Positions 36,020 through 49,499 are shown, counted from the stretch's first letter. The stretch: 64,000 bases of DNA from Octopus sinensis (GCF_006345805.1 NW_021831855.1:1-64000), one strand, 5' to 3'. Notes: generated from the letters alone by a model not told the origin. Translations and numbers: made by a program.

Positions 36020-36690
36020 CAGTGCCCAGGTGCACGAAAAAAGGCGGCATCAGGTGTACTGTTGGTGAATTTTAGAAAGCATGGAAGTTTTGAAGGATGT
36101 AGTATCTCGACAGCTAACGACTGGTACGGGTAGTTTATTCCATACTTCAGCAATTCCGAGTGTGAAAAATATTTCCGAAAGTCATGGATGCTGTGTTGCT
36201 TTTCGAATTTGTAAGCATGTCCACAAGTATTAGATGAATGAAGTACAAAAAGGTGCCCAAGATTGTTGTCGGAGAGATGGCGGATAATCTTGTGGATGTC
36301 TACGAAGTCAGTTGCCAGACATCAGAGCTCCAATGTGTACATGTTCCAGGAAGCAAGACATTCAAAGAACAGTAGATGCCTGACGGCGGGTATTCATTTG
36401 GTTGCACGTTTCTGAACAGTTTCCAGGAAATTCATATGCCGAGCAAGATAGGGATTCCAGATTGGTGATGAAAACTGTGAACGTACTATAGTCATATGCA
36501 GCTTTAAACAGATAGCTGGAGAGCGGCTGATAAAAGTCTTGAGTAATGCTAAGACATCCTTCTTGACAATCCTAGAAATGTGGTTTTTCCAAAGCGGATC
36601 GCTGTTGACAAGAATACCCAAGTCACATTAACTGGCAGACTTCATAAGGTTGGGGTTGTAGAGGGAGTATGTAAAAACTAGCTTGAGTTG
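36020..36690 (-). mobile_element. CR1-group LINE RT C-terminal fragment
   Basis: LGILVNSD..WKNHISRIV...IVRSQFSSPIWNPYL...LETVQKRATK. Confidence 0.8.
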
Positions 36691-36714
36691 CCAGTCAGTA
36701 ATCCATTACAGCAT

Positions 36715-36895
36715 CAAATTTTGGCACAAGGCCAGCATGTCCGGAGGAGGAGCAAGTCGTTCACATCGACCCCAATGTTCAACTGGTATATATCTTATCG
36801 ACCTCGGTGAAATTTGAGCTCAGAACATAAAGACGGACGAAATGCTGATAAGCGTTTTGTCGGGTGTGCTAACGATTCTGCCAGCTCACTTCCTT
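36715..36895 (-). mobile_element. CORE-type SINE
   Basis: atcgacccc...gaaatttgagctcagaac...gctaacgattctgccagctcac. Confidence 0.75.
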
Positions 36896-37329
36896 GTGCC
36901 AGCGACAATGTTAACAACAGCAACAGTCTTGTCTCACAATCATAATTTCTTCTTAATCCTCCTCCTGCTTCTTTCTTCCTTTCTCGGAAAATTCTAGCAG
37001 CACAGGTCAAAGATTTTGGTCGAAAGTTTACGTGGTCATTGTACAGATTCGTTGAAGGTTGTTGTGTGAGACAAGTTTGATTTGCAGAAGAGATCAGGTC
37101 ATAGACAAAGGAAAGTCAAGAATTTCTGCTGAAAGGTTACCTTCCATGAATATCTTAAATTGAGCATCGGATTTGTTTTTAAATACTGGCTCTGTTGCTA
37201 AAACAATAGCATAACCAATTTTTACGTTTATATAATTTTTATACATACATACATACTTTGAAGGGTATGCGTTTGCAATCCAGGAACAGGAAATATCAAC
37301 CAAATACCTGAGTCACAAAAGGGACAGAG

Positions 37330-37950
37330 ATGCGGGAAAAACCGTAAAATGTGACAATCGATGCAGACTTTGTGGAGCCCACACTGAAGATATCACCCAC
37401 ATCATAAGTAGTTGTCTGAAAATGTCATCGTGGTATTATCTACGATGAGACATGATCTTGTAGCTAGGGCACTCTATAATGAAATCAGTAGGGATGATAA
37501 TCCCGAATACAAAGAAATAAAACCCCACCATATTGCCACTCAGAATGAAGCCATTGCCACTCAGAATAAAAAGGAATACTGGTGGAATGTACCAGTGAAG
37601 ACCTCAATAAAATGTAAGCACAACAGACCTGATATAATGATTTGGGACAGAGAAGAGAAACTGTGCACAGTTGTGGAAATTAGGTGCCCAGCAGATATTA
37701 ACACAAAGCTGAAGATCAGTGAAAAAGAGAACACCTATGCTGAACTATTAAGAAATCTGCAGTTACTCTATCCAGATTACAAGTTCAGGTTTATACCTGT
37801 AACTATTGTAACACGCTGCCTAAATACTAATCTTGAGAAATTAGGCTTCTCAAAAACAGTACGGAGAAAGCTAATTCGAAGACTACAGATCCAATCCATC
37901 ACTGGAACTGTAACAATCTGTAAAACTTTCCAGAAGTTTATCATTTAAAT
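37330..37950 (+). mobile_element. RLE-type (R2 superfamily) LINE 3' fragment
   Basis: TEDITHIIS.C / RHDLVA / WWNVPV / HNRPDIMIWD...VVEIRCP...KISEKENTY motifs. Confidence 0.8.
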
Positions 37951-39077
37951 ATAGATGAGCGTGTTTAGATATAAAACTATATGTATCAGAATACATCCAC
38001 AAAACATACAAAATCTGCACATACATACTTACAAACAAAAATACCTTATTGTTGATGTTGAAATTCCAATGAAGGAACCTTGGATCTAGGTTAGAAACTG
38101 GTTCTTTATTTGGCAAGAAATCTTGGAATAAACTGAATAATGATACACACACACACACGATAAAATCATTAAAGTGATTTTATCCTTAATTCTATAAAGA
38201 ATAAAAATAAACAAATAAATAAAATACACACATGTATGATGATGGATATGTATATTTGTATAGCTGCAAATTTTATATACATCCTCGCATAATTTTATAT
38301 AGAAGTTTAACTGTGTATATATGTATGGGTATATGTTGGAAGAAGTGTCACTATACTAATATAAAACCTTCATCCATCTTTATATGAAGAAGGGAATTTT
38401 CTATTTCCAAAAAGTTGATATGGTTTCTGAAAACTCTGGCTATTATTTCTAACAGGTTTATTTACCACATAGAGACTCCGTTAGTTGTTAGTGTTTAGTT
38501 CAAGTAAGGCCTGATGGAGCAAACCTATGTTAAAGGGGTTTCTAGTCGTGACTACCTTGCCTTTCTATCAGGGAGCACATCATAAAACATGCTCTCCTCT
38601 GATTGAAGACGTAAGGTATGTGATTCAGGGGATGTTAGCTGATGTTTCTAGCAATTCGGGATACCTTTCAGTGGTTCAGTCGTTGATTCTGCGTCGAGGT
38701 ATTTTTGTTGCTGTTAAAAACTAGGTGTAGTCTGATGGACCAGACATATACTAAACGGTGTTCAAACCGTGACGCTCACCTCTCTATACTTTAGAGACTT
38801 CGTTGCTCATACTGTATATGATTTAAAGAGATTGATGTCGGATTTCGTGCAGGATAATCTCACCTCGTTTTTGAAAGAGGTGAGATATATCGGTTGGGAA
38901 AATCTGCCCAGTTATTCTAGTTTGGATAGATAAATAGATATTCCACACACGCTCATACACACACATATATAAATAAACATACATATACTCATGAAGTCAG
39001 AACGATTTGTATAGATCTGTTCATATATATTTATATATATATACGTACATATATTTATATACAAAAAATGTATTGTG

Positions 39078-39124
<47 letters not shown>

Positions 39125-39137
39125 AAACACACACATG

Positions 39138-39168
<31 letters not shown>

Positions 39169-39459
39169 TATATATATTATATATATATATATATATATTA
39201 CATACACTTCCATATATACAATCTTTCAGAGGGAAAGAAAAGCTGTTTAAGATTCCGCAGGAAACAGTAAGTTTGAGAGAATCCTTGCTGCTACTGGTAG
39301 TGGTGGGGGTGGCGGTGCATTGGCGGAATAGCAGAATAATAATGGATTGCCTGTAGACGGAAGGTTCTGAGTTTACCAAATATTCTCCAAGCCTGGATCT
39401 AATCCCCGAAATGCTACAGGCAAACCAATGGAGAAATAGAGAGATTAATTGATAGTTGA

Positions 39460-39508
<49 letters not shown>

Positions 39509-39657
39509 TGGAGAGAAAGTGAAAGAGAGAGAGATTGAGTGAAGAAGGAGAGATTAAGTTAGAGAGAGGAAGGGAGAATTCTTTGTCTTGAGAGTATTTC
39601 TTATTTCTTTTAACTTGGAACGTTCTTACATGTATGTGCAAGAGAAGCAGAATTGAC

Positions 39658-39759
<102 letters not shown>

Positions 39760-39850
39760 GGGGAGAGGTGGGCTGAGTAAATGGAAGGAAGGAAGAAAGT
39801 AATATATCTATATATCAGTACTTACATAAATGTGTGTGTGTGTGTGTATG

Positions 39851-39925
<75 letters not shown>

Positions 39926-39934
39926 TATGATTTC

Positions 39935-40135
39935 GCTTAGGCATTGGCGTGTATGATCGTAAGATTGTGGTTTCGATTCCTGGAGCGGGTGATGTGTTGT
40001 GTTCTCGAGCAAAACACTCTACTTCACGTTGCTCCAGTCCACTCAGATGGCAAAAAGGAGTTAATTCCATCCAGATAGGGAATATATACGCCACGGAAAA
40101 TCGGGAAACCGGCCCTTATGACTCGGGAAGGAACT
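39935..40135 (+). mobile_element. tRNA-derived SINE
   Basis: ggtttcgattcctgg B box, then ctcgagcaaaacact...ttgctccagtccactcag. Confidence 0.7.
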
Positions 40136-40349
40136 TTACTTAAGCATAAGGATATTAATACCCATAATCTTACAGCTTCTTAGAAGTCATTAATATGCAT
40201 ATATGTATATATAAATAGGAAATACTGGCACAACAAAGTACCAAGTTTTGCTGGAAATAGCAGTCGATAACCAATAACCTTGTTGTGCCACTATTTCCGG
40301 TTTACAATTTTACATTTCCTGTGCTTTATTTAGCTAGAAAATAATATTT

Positions 40350-41164
40350 GGATCCTTTCCTTTTGAACGGCAGATGTCAACACAATTTCTAGTTAACTGA
40401 ACACTTTTAAACTTCGTATACTGGTAGAATGTGTTTATAAAACATCATTTTCTCTTGGTTTTATTGAGAAAATTCTATAGTTTGTAAGATATTTCGTCTG
40501 AAAATCCGAGCATTTCGGCAATTTTAACCAATACATTACCTCCATTTAGGTAAACAACATTTGCTGCGTCTAAAACCGAGACAAAATCCTGCAACAAACC
40601 CTCCCCTCTCCCTAACCCTAATTTTTTTTTTCTTAATTGATAAATTAATGTAATTGTTACGCGTGTAAAAATAACTAAAGCAATGGAAAATAAAAAAAAA
40701 AATTAACATACAAAATAATTCTATAATTTTATACACACGCTTTCCGTACGTATACGAAAGCGTGTGTTACGGAAAGCGTGTATATAAAATTATAAAATTA
40801 TTTTGTATGTTAATTTTTTAAATTATTTTCCATTGCTTTCGTTTTTTTTTTACACGCGTAACAATGAAATTAATTTAACAATTAAGAAAAAAAAAATTAG
40901 GGTTAGGGTTAGGGCTGGGGGGGGGGGTTAGGGTCAGTTACAGGATTTTGTCTCAGTTTTAGACGCAGCAAATGATTCTAGCTCAAAAGAGAGCATAGGA
41001 TTGGTTAAAATTCGAAAAATTAAACTACGTTAAACAAACAAATTACAATTTTCTCAAGAAAGCCAAGAGAAAAAAATGTTTTATTTTGACACATTCTACC
41101 AGTATACGAAGTTTTAAAGTGTTTAGTTAACTAGAAATGTCTGCCGTTCAAAAGGAAAAGATCC
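40350..41164. mobile_element. 815-bp fold-back MITE, 8-bp TSD TAATATTT, internal CCCTAA/TTAGGG repeats
   Basis: TIR ggatc(c/t)tttccttttgaacggc... The TSD is at 40342-40349 and 41165-41172. Most of the element is palindromic. Confidence 0.9.
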
Positions 41165-41194
41165 TAATATTTTATTGCAATAATAATAATAATG

Positions 41195-41253
<59 letters not shown>

Positions 41254-41895
41254 AAATACAAACTGGGACAAGAACGCAAAACATTTAGAAGACGATACAA
41301 AAGACGGACGGGACATTCGAAGCCTTCAATCTTCAGTCAAGAACCGGATCATCCTCGCAATTTCGGCTGATTAATCTTGAGATTGCTCCAATCTGGCCAG
41401 CCTAAGGAAAAATTAAGCTAAGCGCATTAGATTCCTTGGAAGAAAGCTTCGAATGTATACAAAACAAGGACGGAAAAACGGACGATGTTACACGAATATG
41501 AATACAAAAATAATACGTAAAAACAATAATAATAACAACAATAGCAGCACATCACAAACAGGCGTCTTTCAACTTAGACAAATTTAACTCAGCTGGAGTG
41601 TTAGGAATGTGCCTTGGGGCAGAGAAAAACAATGTTGATGTTACCACGACTGCTGCCAGACCCAAAAGGCCAGTAGTCGGTCAGTCAGTCACGTGTGAAG
41701 AGAAGAGAGGGAAAGAGGGACAGAGGAATTAAGGAGGGGGAGAAGAGAGAGAGAAAAAGAGGAACAAGGAATTAAGGTGGACAGGAAGAGAGAGAAAAAG
41801 AAACAGGGACAAAGTGAAGTGCAAAGTAAGAAAGGCAAAGAAATGTAGGAGAGGGGGGAGAGACAGTGTTCTAGAGTCGTACCACGTTTAGAGAA

Positions 41896-41949
<54 letters not shown>

Positions 41950-41988
41950 ATAAAAATGGTAAGACAACAAAAGAATGAAAGAGACCTC

Positions 41989-42796
41989 GGATCTTTTCCT
42001 TTTGAACGGCACTTTTCAACACAATTTCTAGTTAACTAAACACTTTTAAACATCGTATACTGGTAGAATGTGTTTATAAAACATCATCTTTTCTTGGTTT
42101 TCTTGAGAAAATTCTATAGTTTGTAACATATTTCCACTATAAAATCGAGCATTTCGGCAATTTTAACCAATCAAATACGTCCATTTGGAGTCAAAACATA
42201 CCGTGCTGTATGAATATGCCCCTCGTTTAAGAAACAGATTGGGTTTATTTACATTTGCGAAGAAAAAAAAATACCCTTCCCCTAATCCTAAAATAGATTG
42301 AGATGCAATAGATCGATACTAGGGCCATAATTATGGGTGACATGTTCATTTGACACCGCTAGAAAAAAATCCCATTTTCCGCAGCGGTGTCGTATGAAAT
42401 TGTCACCCATAATTATGACCCTAGTATCGATCTATTGCATTTCAATCTATTATAGGATTAGGGTTAGGGGTGAGGTTAGGGTTAGGTGTGGGGTTAGGGG
42501 TGGGGGAAGGGTATCTTTTTTTCTTTGCAAATGTAAATAAACCCAATCTGTTTCTTAAACGAGGGGCATATTCATACAGCACGGAATCTTTTCACCCCAA
42601 ATGGAGGTGAGCGATTGGTTAAAATTGCCGAAATGCTCGATTTTAAAGTGGAAATATGTTACAACATATAGAATTTTTTCCAAAAAAACAAGAAAAAATG
42701 ATGTTTTATAAACACATTCTACCAGTATACGAAGTTTAAAAGTGTTTAGTTAACTAGAAATTGTATTGACATCTGCCGTTCAAAAGGAAAAGATCC
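41989..42796. mobile_element. 808-bp fold-back MITE of the same TIR family, 8-bp TSD GAGACCTC
   Basis: The TSD is at 41981-41988 and 42797-42804. An empty-site homologue with a single gaggtctc is at 1353-1360. Confidence 0.9.
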
Positions 42797-42833
42797 GAGA
42801 CCTCTATTTTATGTAAATAGAGGAATTTATCTG

Positions 42834-42893
42834 TAAATGTAATATGTGACAATTATATCATGGCTACCGAATAATTGTCACATATTACATTTA
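42834..42893. repeat. 23-bp-arm perfect hairpin, 14-nt loop
   Basis: taaatgtaatatgtgacaattat / ataattgtcacatattacattta. Confidence 0.9.
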
Positions 42894-43899
42894 TTATAAT
42901 TGTCACATATTATATATTAGTACTATTAAGAAAAATCAAATTCGATTCAACGACTTTGTATAAAGCACCATACCGCCAAACATTTGATCATATAGAAATA
43001 TTACCATGGTTCTTCAACATATAAAAATATACATATACAAAAAAAAAACCAGCAGGTAAAACTATATATGCGAATAAAAACACAAATATATCAAAGAGAC
43101 AAATACAATCGACCAAAAATTCTAAAGCGTGTCATGGTACTAAAAATCCAAGTAAACTAAAATGAAATATCAATCGAATAAAAACATTCTTTTACTCACC
43201 TCACACAAAAGAGTACGTCCAAAAAGTTTAATTCATAAATTTCATTGTAGGTCCAGAAGCAAAAACAGTTCCACAAAATCAAATCAAACATACCTATGGC
43301 CATTTCGAGTTCATTGCTGCAGTTCGATTACAGTTAAGGTGCATCTCGGCAATGACCCTCATCAGAAAATGAACAGGAAACTCAGACAAACCACCAAAAA
43401 GTTCATTCAATGCAGTATTGCTAATTTAAAGATGATAATCCATCACAGGACCAGTCCAAATTTTCTAACACACGCAAAAGAAAACAAAAAAAAAAACAAA
43501 AAAAAAACGAATTATTTAGTTGCCAAACATGCAGGTGGCTGTTGTTAATAGAAATTTTAACGATCCGTTTTCAAATCCCCGTAAAAAATAATAATATTCA
43601 CCACATCTAATTTTACTTTTATACACTATCAGAAAAGTAGAAGAAAACTTATGGTTGCAAAACGGGATCACCTCTGTAAATTTATTTAAAGTTTTAGGCC
43701 CAAAAGACTTTAGGATGGCAAGAGATTCCCTTACACATATACTTGTTAATATTAATCCTGAAATAAGGGGTCCTCGATATAACAGACCATTCAAGAGAAT
43801 CACTTTCATTATTCCTCTTTGAACCATGTCTATAAGAGGCAAGTGTTGGAGAGTTACAATATTTTTCGTTTGAAAACGAATTTATGTGGGTCCTATACT

Positions 43900-44090
43900 C
43901 AGTTCAACAGCCTGCCCGTGAAAGTGGCTGAGTACTCCACAAATATGTGTGTTTCTAAGTAAATTTTTTTGGAGAATAATTTCGCCAGCTGGGTGGATTG
44001 GAGCAACGTGAAGTTAAGTGTCTTGCTCAAGGACGCAACCCGCCGCCGGCAGCCGAATGCCCTAACCACTAAGACGGGCGCATTTACATA
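43900..44090 (-). mobile_element. tRNA-derived SINE
   Basis: Reverse complement: ttagtggttagggcattcggc...cttgagcaagacact..ttcacgttgctcc. Confidence 0.7.
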
Positions 44091-44099
44091 TACATTTGT

Positions 44100-44146
<47 letters not shown>

Positions 44147-44312
44147 TATGTATGTGTGTGTATGTATGTATGCATATATGTATGCATGTGTCTGTATGTA
44201 TGTGTGTGTGTCTATGTATGTGTGTGTGTGTATGTATGCGTGTGTGTATGTATGTGTGTGTTTCTGTATGTATGTATGCACACATACATGCATACATACA
44301 TGCATACATACA

Positions 44313-44353
<41 letters not shown>

Positions 44354-44761
44354 TAATAAATAAAATATATGCATACATACAAACATATATGTACGTACCG
44401 ACATCTACATGTATATATACATGCATATATTAAATATATATACGTACAGGACATCACAGGAAGACGAACAAATCAACAGAACGAAAACGGAATAGACATT
44501 TTGTTACAACAGAAGGACAGAGACGTGGAACAGGACGAAACGAAAACGAAAACGGGAAAAACAATTATGTGCAACAGAAAAACGAAGTACAGGACATGCT
44601 ACACAAGGAAAAATCCCCTCCATCAGCTGTCGCTAGCAGACACGTGTTTTGAAGGCAGAGACAGAACACGTAAGGTCAAGCTAGGCCTTCCTACGAGAGA
44701 ATTAAGATAAAATAAACTCGTAGAGGGGTAAACGAGCAAGAAAAAATGTAACACATACATA

Positions 44762-45852
44762 CATACATATATACATTTATATACACACGCATACATATGT
44801 ACTTTTCACTTTGAGGTGGTTTTAGTCTCGAGCTGAGGAGACAATTCAAGGTATGTATGTATGCGTGTGTGTGTGTATGTATGTGTGCGTGCGTATAAAT
44901 TGTGCTTCACGGCATAAGGTTGTGGATTCGTTCCCTTCCTTGAGCAAGGCATTTCATTCTACATTTGCCGCACTCAACTCAGCTGAAATAAGTATCAGTC
45001 GAGTACTGGTGCTGCCTTGTCTCCCTCCACTTTACGAAATCAAAGATATTCCGGTGGAACACGGCTGAGGATGGTACGAATGTCTCTGGAAACTCTACAA
45101 ACGCACCGAAAATAGTTTTTCTGAACGTGCCATTTCTTTGCTATACATGACTAGGCATACACTCACACATTTACACACACAAACAAACAAACACACACAC
45201 ACACACACACACATATTTATATATACAAGGTGTGATGGGTAAATTGTCGCCATTTTATACATTTAATTTCGCGCATGCACATTCTTTGCTTTTGATTTTG
45301 TCAACTACACAGTATAGTAGGTTCAGTTGGGTACTGTCTTTGAGAAAAACAGCACCATGACGCAATTTAACTCTGCCAGAAATTTGGAAACGACATGCTG
45401 TACTGCTTGGCATTCGCACCAGAAGGTCCAATATGAACATTTCAGAGTGTCTGAGTGTCAATCTGAGGAGATGTACTTAGAGTGATAGATATCAAACATC
45501 CAGTCAACATCATGGTGTTTGGAGTGATCACTAGTGATGGTGACGTTATGCCTCCATTCATCTTTCCACACGGCCTCAGACTCAATACGGAGGCCTATAT
45601 CAAGTGCCTGGAGGAGGTAGTGTTACCCTGGATCAAGAGGGTGGCTGCTGGAAGACCCTATATCTGGCAAAAGGACTCTGCACCATACTAAACAAGCAGG
45701 AGAACCCAGTTATAGTTGTCAGACAATTTCCGTGACCACATCACCCTTAACATCTGGAACCTAACTCATCAGACAGCCACCCTCTTGATTATTATGTGTG
45801 GGGCACAGTTGAGCGAGAGACCAACAAAACTTCCTACAACACCAAAGATGTG

Positions 45853-45893
<41 letters not shown>

Positions 45894-45922
45894 TATATTT
45901 ATATATATATATTTATATATAC

Positions 45923-45953
<31 letters not shown>

Positions 45954-46094
45954 CATATATATTTCATACATACATACATATATGCGAATAAATAGGAAAC
46001 ATATGTAGCCTGGATTTTACCTGTTCCATCACCTACATATATATATATATAATTTATATACAGGCACACATACATGCATACATACATGCATATA

Positions 46095-46163
<69 letters not shown>

Positions 46164-46250
46164 CATATATACATTTATATACACACGCATACATATGTAC
46201 TTTTCACTTTGAGGTGGTTTTAGTCTCGAGCTGAGGAGACAATTCAAGGT
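44762..46250 (+). repeat. Perfect 91-bp direct repeat (44762-44852 / 46160-46250) bracketing 1.3 kb
   Basis: Direct comparison. Confidence 0.9.
45224..45850 (+). mobile_element. Tc1/mariner (maT, DD37D-type) transposon remnant, internally deleted
   Basis: KHPVNIMVFGVITSDG..MPPFIF...WQKDSAP...PLDYY, with 37 codons between DSAP and the D of PLDY after correcting one frameshift. TA-CAAGGTG left end. Confidence 0.8.
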
Positions 46251-46528
46251 TGATTAAAAAAAGCGAAATATCTTTGCCGGAAAACAGCTTCTGTCATCTC
46301 TCCTCCCCCCCCATCCCTTCCCCTCTTCTTGAAGGACGATATAAAGCTGTTTGCTGTTAACACTAAGTTTTTACTGAATTTCTTCGTGACGAGAATATTT
46401 TAGCAATCGCCATTATCGCTTATGGCCCAGGGTGTATATTTTATACACGCTGGATTCAGTCTGTCTTTATTTTTACCTGGCGTCTTGTACACTTTTTGCT
46501 GTTTGTTTTCTTATTTTAGTACTCTGAC

Positions 46529-46560
<32 letters not shown>

Positions 46561-46816
46561 TGAATAAGAAAGCTGTCATTCAGTTTAGCTGTTGGGGACC
46601 TGTAACTTTGCAAAAACTCTAGATCTGTAAAGTGAAGCTGTACGTGTGTATGCATGTATGTTGGTTGGTTGTATGTATGTGCACACACACACACGCCGCA
46701 CACACGCACACACACACACGCACACATGCACACACATGCGCGCACACACACACACACACGCACACACGCACACACACATTCACGCGCGCACATACACACA
46801 CGTACTTATACATGTT

Positions 46817-46861
46817 ACAGTCTGATGATAGCAAATAATCCGAAACTTCGAAGTCAGTGAC
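46817..46861 (+). ncRNA. Minimal type I hammerhead motif (intact core, decayed stems)
   Basis: acagt-CTGATGA-tagcaaataatcc-GAAA-CTTCGAAG-TC-agtgac. Confidence 0.5.
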
Positions 46862-46983
46862 AGCCTTTTCCCAGATATTTTATTCGTCTAAAAAGTTTTG
46901 AATTGCTCCTCCAATTTAATATATTCGTATATTACTTTACATAAATATACATAAATATGTGTGTGTGTGTGTGTGAGAGAGAG

Positions 46984-47033
<50 letters not shown>

Positions 47034-47477
47034 ATAGGAAATGCGGGTTCGAATCCCACAAGCAGTGTTTTTCACTCCAATCAAAAAATCACCTTCTCTC
47101 GAAAGTTTATGAAACTCTGATCAATCACTATATTATAATTCTGAAATGCGAAAAGTTTGTCTAATTTTGGCATTGGAACGGGTTAAGGGGCACTAGATGG
47201 GGTCGGATTGGCTCCAAAATTTACAGAGACATGTAAAATGAGGTGAGGATGCGAGTGGGCTAGGTTAGAAATCCCTATATTGAAAGGTGTCGTTGCTAGG
47301 GCGAAAAACGCACACTTTGACAAGTCTCCTCTCATTCTTTTATCTGCCTGTCTTCCTCCATCTCTCTCTTTCCTCCCGTCCTTTCACTTTCTCTCTATAA
47401 CGTCGTTTGATAGCGTCTACTATCTTTCCTCCGCCGCCTTCGCCAGCGCTGTCACGCTCTCTCTCTCTACGTCTCTC

Positions 47478-48645
47478 TCTCTTTCCCCTTTCCCTCTACT
47501 TTCTCTCTATAACGACGTTTGACACCCCCGCCGTCTCTCTTTCTTCTCCACCGCCTCTCTCAATGTATGTCTGTTTGTATCTATAAAGACGAAACGTGAC
47601 TGCCGAAAAAGTTTAAATATTCCCACCACAGGTCTTTCAGAAAGGTGAATTATTATCTCTCACCACCACCGCACAATTATAACAGATATTATTTATTAGA
47701 AGATACGTTATTATTTTGCGTGGATAAAAGATTTGCTGTGCTAAGAAACATTATACCCTTTGTATGCTCAAAGCGACCGTCGTTAAGAAAAATTTGTCGG
47801 TAAATTTGAAAATTTTTCCAGTTTTGAAATATTTGCTTCTTAACTATTTTATTCGTTTTCTCATTGTAAACCAAATCATCTTTAGGTTTCAAAATATTTT
47901 ATTTTTCAGTCCTCTCTTTCATATATGACCTTTTCTTCCTCGATCTTTCTCTTTCCCCCTTCCCTCTACTTTCTCTCTATAACGACGTTTGACACCTCCG
48001 CCGTCTCTCTTTCTTCTCCACCGCCTCTCTCAATGTATGTCTCTTTGTATCTATAAAGACGAAACGTGACAGCCGCAATAGTTTAAATATTCCCACCACA
48101 GGTCTTTCAGAAGGTGAATTATTATCTCTCACCACCACCGCACAATTATAACAGATATTATTTATTAGAAGATACGTTATTATTTTGCGTGGATAAAAGA
48201 TTTGCTGTGCTAAGAAACATTATACCCTTTGTATGCTCAAAGCGACCGTCGTTAAGAAAATTTGTCGGTAAATTTGAAAATTTTTCCAGTTTTGAAATAT
48301 TTGCTTCTTAACTATTTTATTCGTTTTCTCATTGTAAACCAAATCATCTTTAGGTTTCAAAATATTTTATTTTTCAGTCCTCTCTTTCATATATGACCTT
48401 TTCTTCCTCGATCTTTCTCTTTCCCCCTTCCCTCTACTTTCTCTCTATAACGACGTTTGACACCTCCGCCGTCTCTCTTTCTTCTCCACCGCCTCTCTCA
48501 ATGTATGTCTCTTTGTATCTATAAAAGACGAAACGTGACAGCCGCAATAGTTTAAATATTCCCACCACAGGTCTTTCAGAAAGGTGAATTATTATCTCCC
48601 ACCACCACCTATAAATCTATAACAGATATTATTTATCAGAAGATA
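47478..48645 (+). repeat. Tandem repeat, ~469-bp unit, ~2.4 copies
   Basis: aacgacgttt recurs at 47511, 47981 and 48449. The units are near-identical. Confidence 0.9.
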
Positions 48646-48877
48646 GAGAGTAAGAGAACGCGAGGGAGAGTCCGTGAGAAAAGAAGAGTAAGAGAGTTGG
48701 AAAGTGAGAGAGAAAGGAGAGAGAAACAAAGAGGGAGAATGTGGTGATAAACAACAGAAAGGAAGCAACAGAAAGTAACAACCACACTCTTACCCGCGCG
48801 TAGAGCGGATCACCGAAAGCTAGTATATATATATAAAACGATATGTTTATCTATAAATGAAACGATATATATATAGA

Positions 48878-49180
48878 GAGAGTAAAATCTATTTGCCAAC
48901 GCAAAGTGGCAGTCCTGATTAGAACGATGTTACTACTTTTTTTAGCCCCAGGAAAAAATCTTTTCCAGCTGGCTATCGACGCATAACTTCGTCCTTATAC
49001 TACGAACAAGGGAGCTAATGTCTCCACTCAGCCTTAAACGGTACCTGCGAACCAATGGTTTCTGGACGCAGCTGTGCGTCGATAGCCAGCTGGAAAAGGT
49101 GTTTTTCTGGGACTAAAAATGGTAGTAACATCGTCCTAATCAGGACTGCCACTTTACGTTGGCAAATAGACATTACTCTG
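48878..49180. mobile_element. ~300-bp MITE with ~110-bp TIRs (probable TA TSD)
   Basis: agagtaa..tctatttgccaacg.aaagtggcagtcctgattag... and its reverse complement. Confidence 0.8.
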
Positions 49181-49252
49181 TAGCACTGTTACTACTTATC
49201 TCTCGCTCAGAGATTTAAAACTAATCGTTTTCCTCTTCACCACACACACACA

Positions 49253-49327
<75 letters not shown>

Positions 49328-49499
49328 GTAGTTGTTGTTGTTATTGTTTGAATGATCAATGACATTCCAGTGGCGACCACTTCAACATTCAAAGCGTCCT
49401 TTTCGAAGGAGATGTGGTTCTTATTTCTTGGAGGCCTAGTGGCCACGTAAGCGGCTTCCTCATTGACCTGAGCAATTTCTGTTGCAGTCAATGGCAGTG

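Noticed and set aside
37094-37303. Host exon (69-aa minus ORF)
   Set aside because: No recognisable domain or clear splice sites; it lies among TE remnants.
38400-38910. Decayed PLE N-terminal fragment on minus
   Set aside because: Only a vague resemblance with many stops; not supportable.
40600-42500. True telomere or chromosome-fusion site (TTAGGG/CCCTAA)
   Set aside because: Only 2-4 degenerate units, all inside MITE arms bounded by TSDs.
44613-44656. Type II hammerhead on minus strand
   Set aside because: Two core positions are mutated (AAAA for GAAA, CTGATGG for CTGATGA) and stem I is unconvincing. At most a relic.
47570-47605. Hammerhead in the 469-bp repeat (GAC-GAAAC-GT)
   Set aside because: No CUGANGA core upstream and no stem I.
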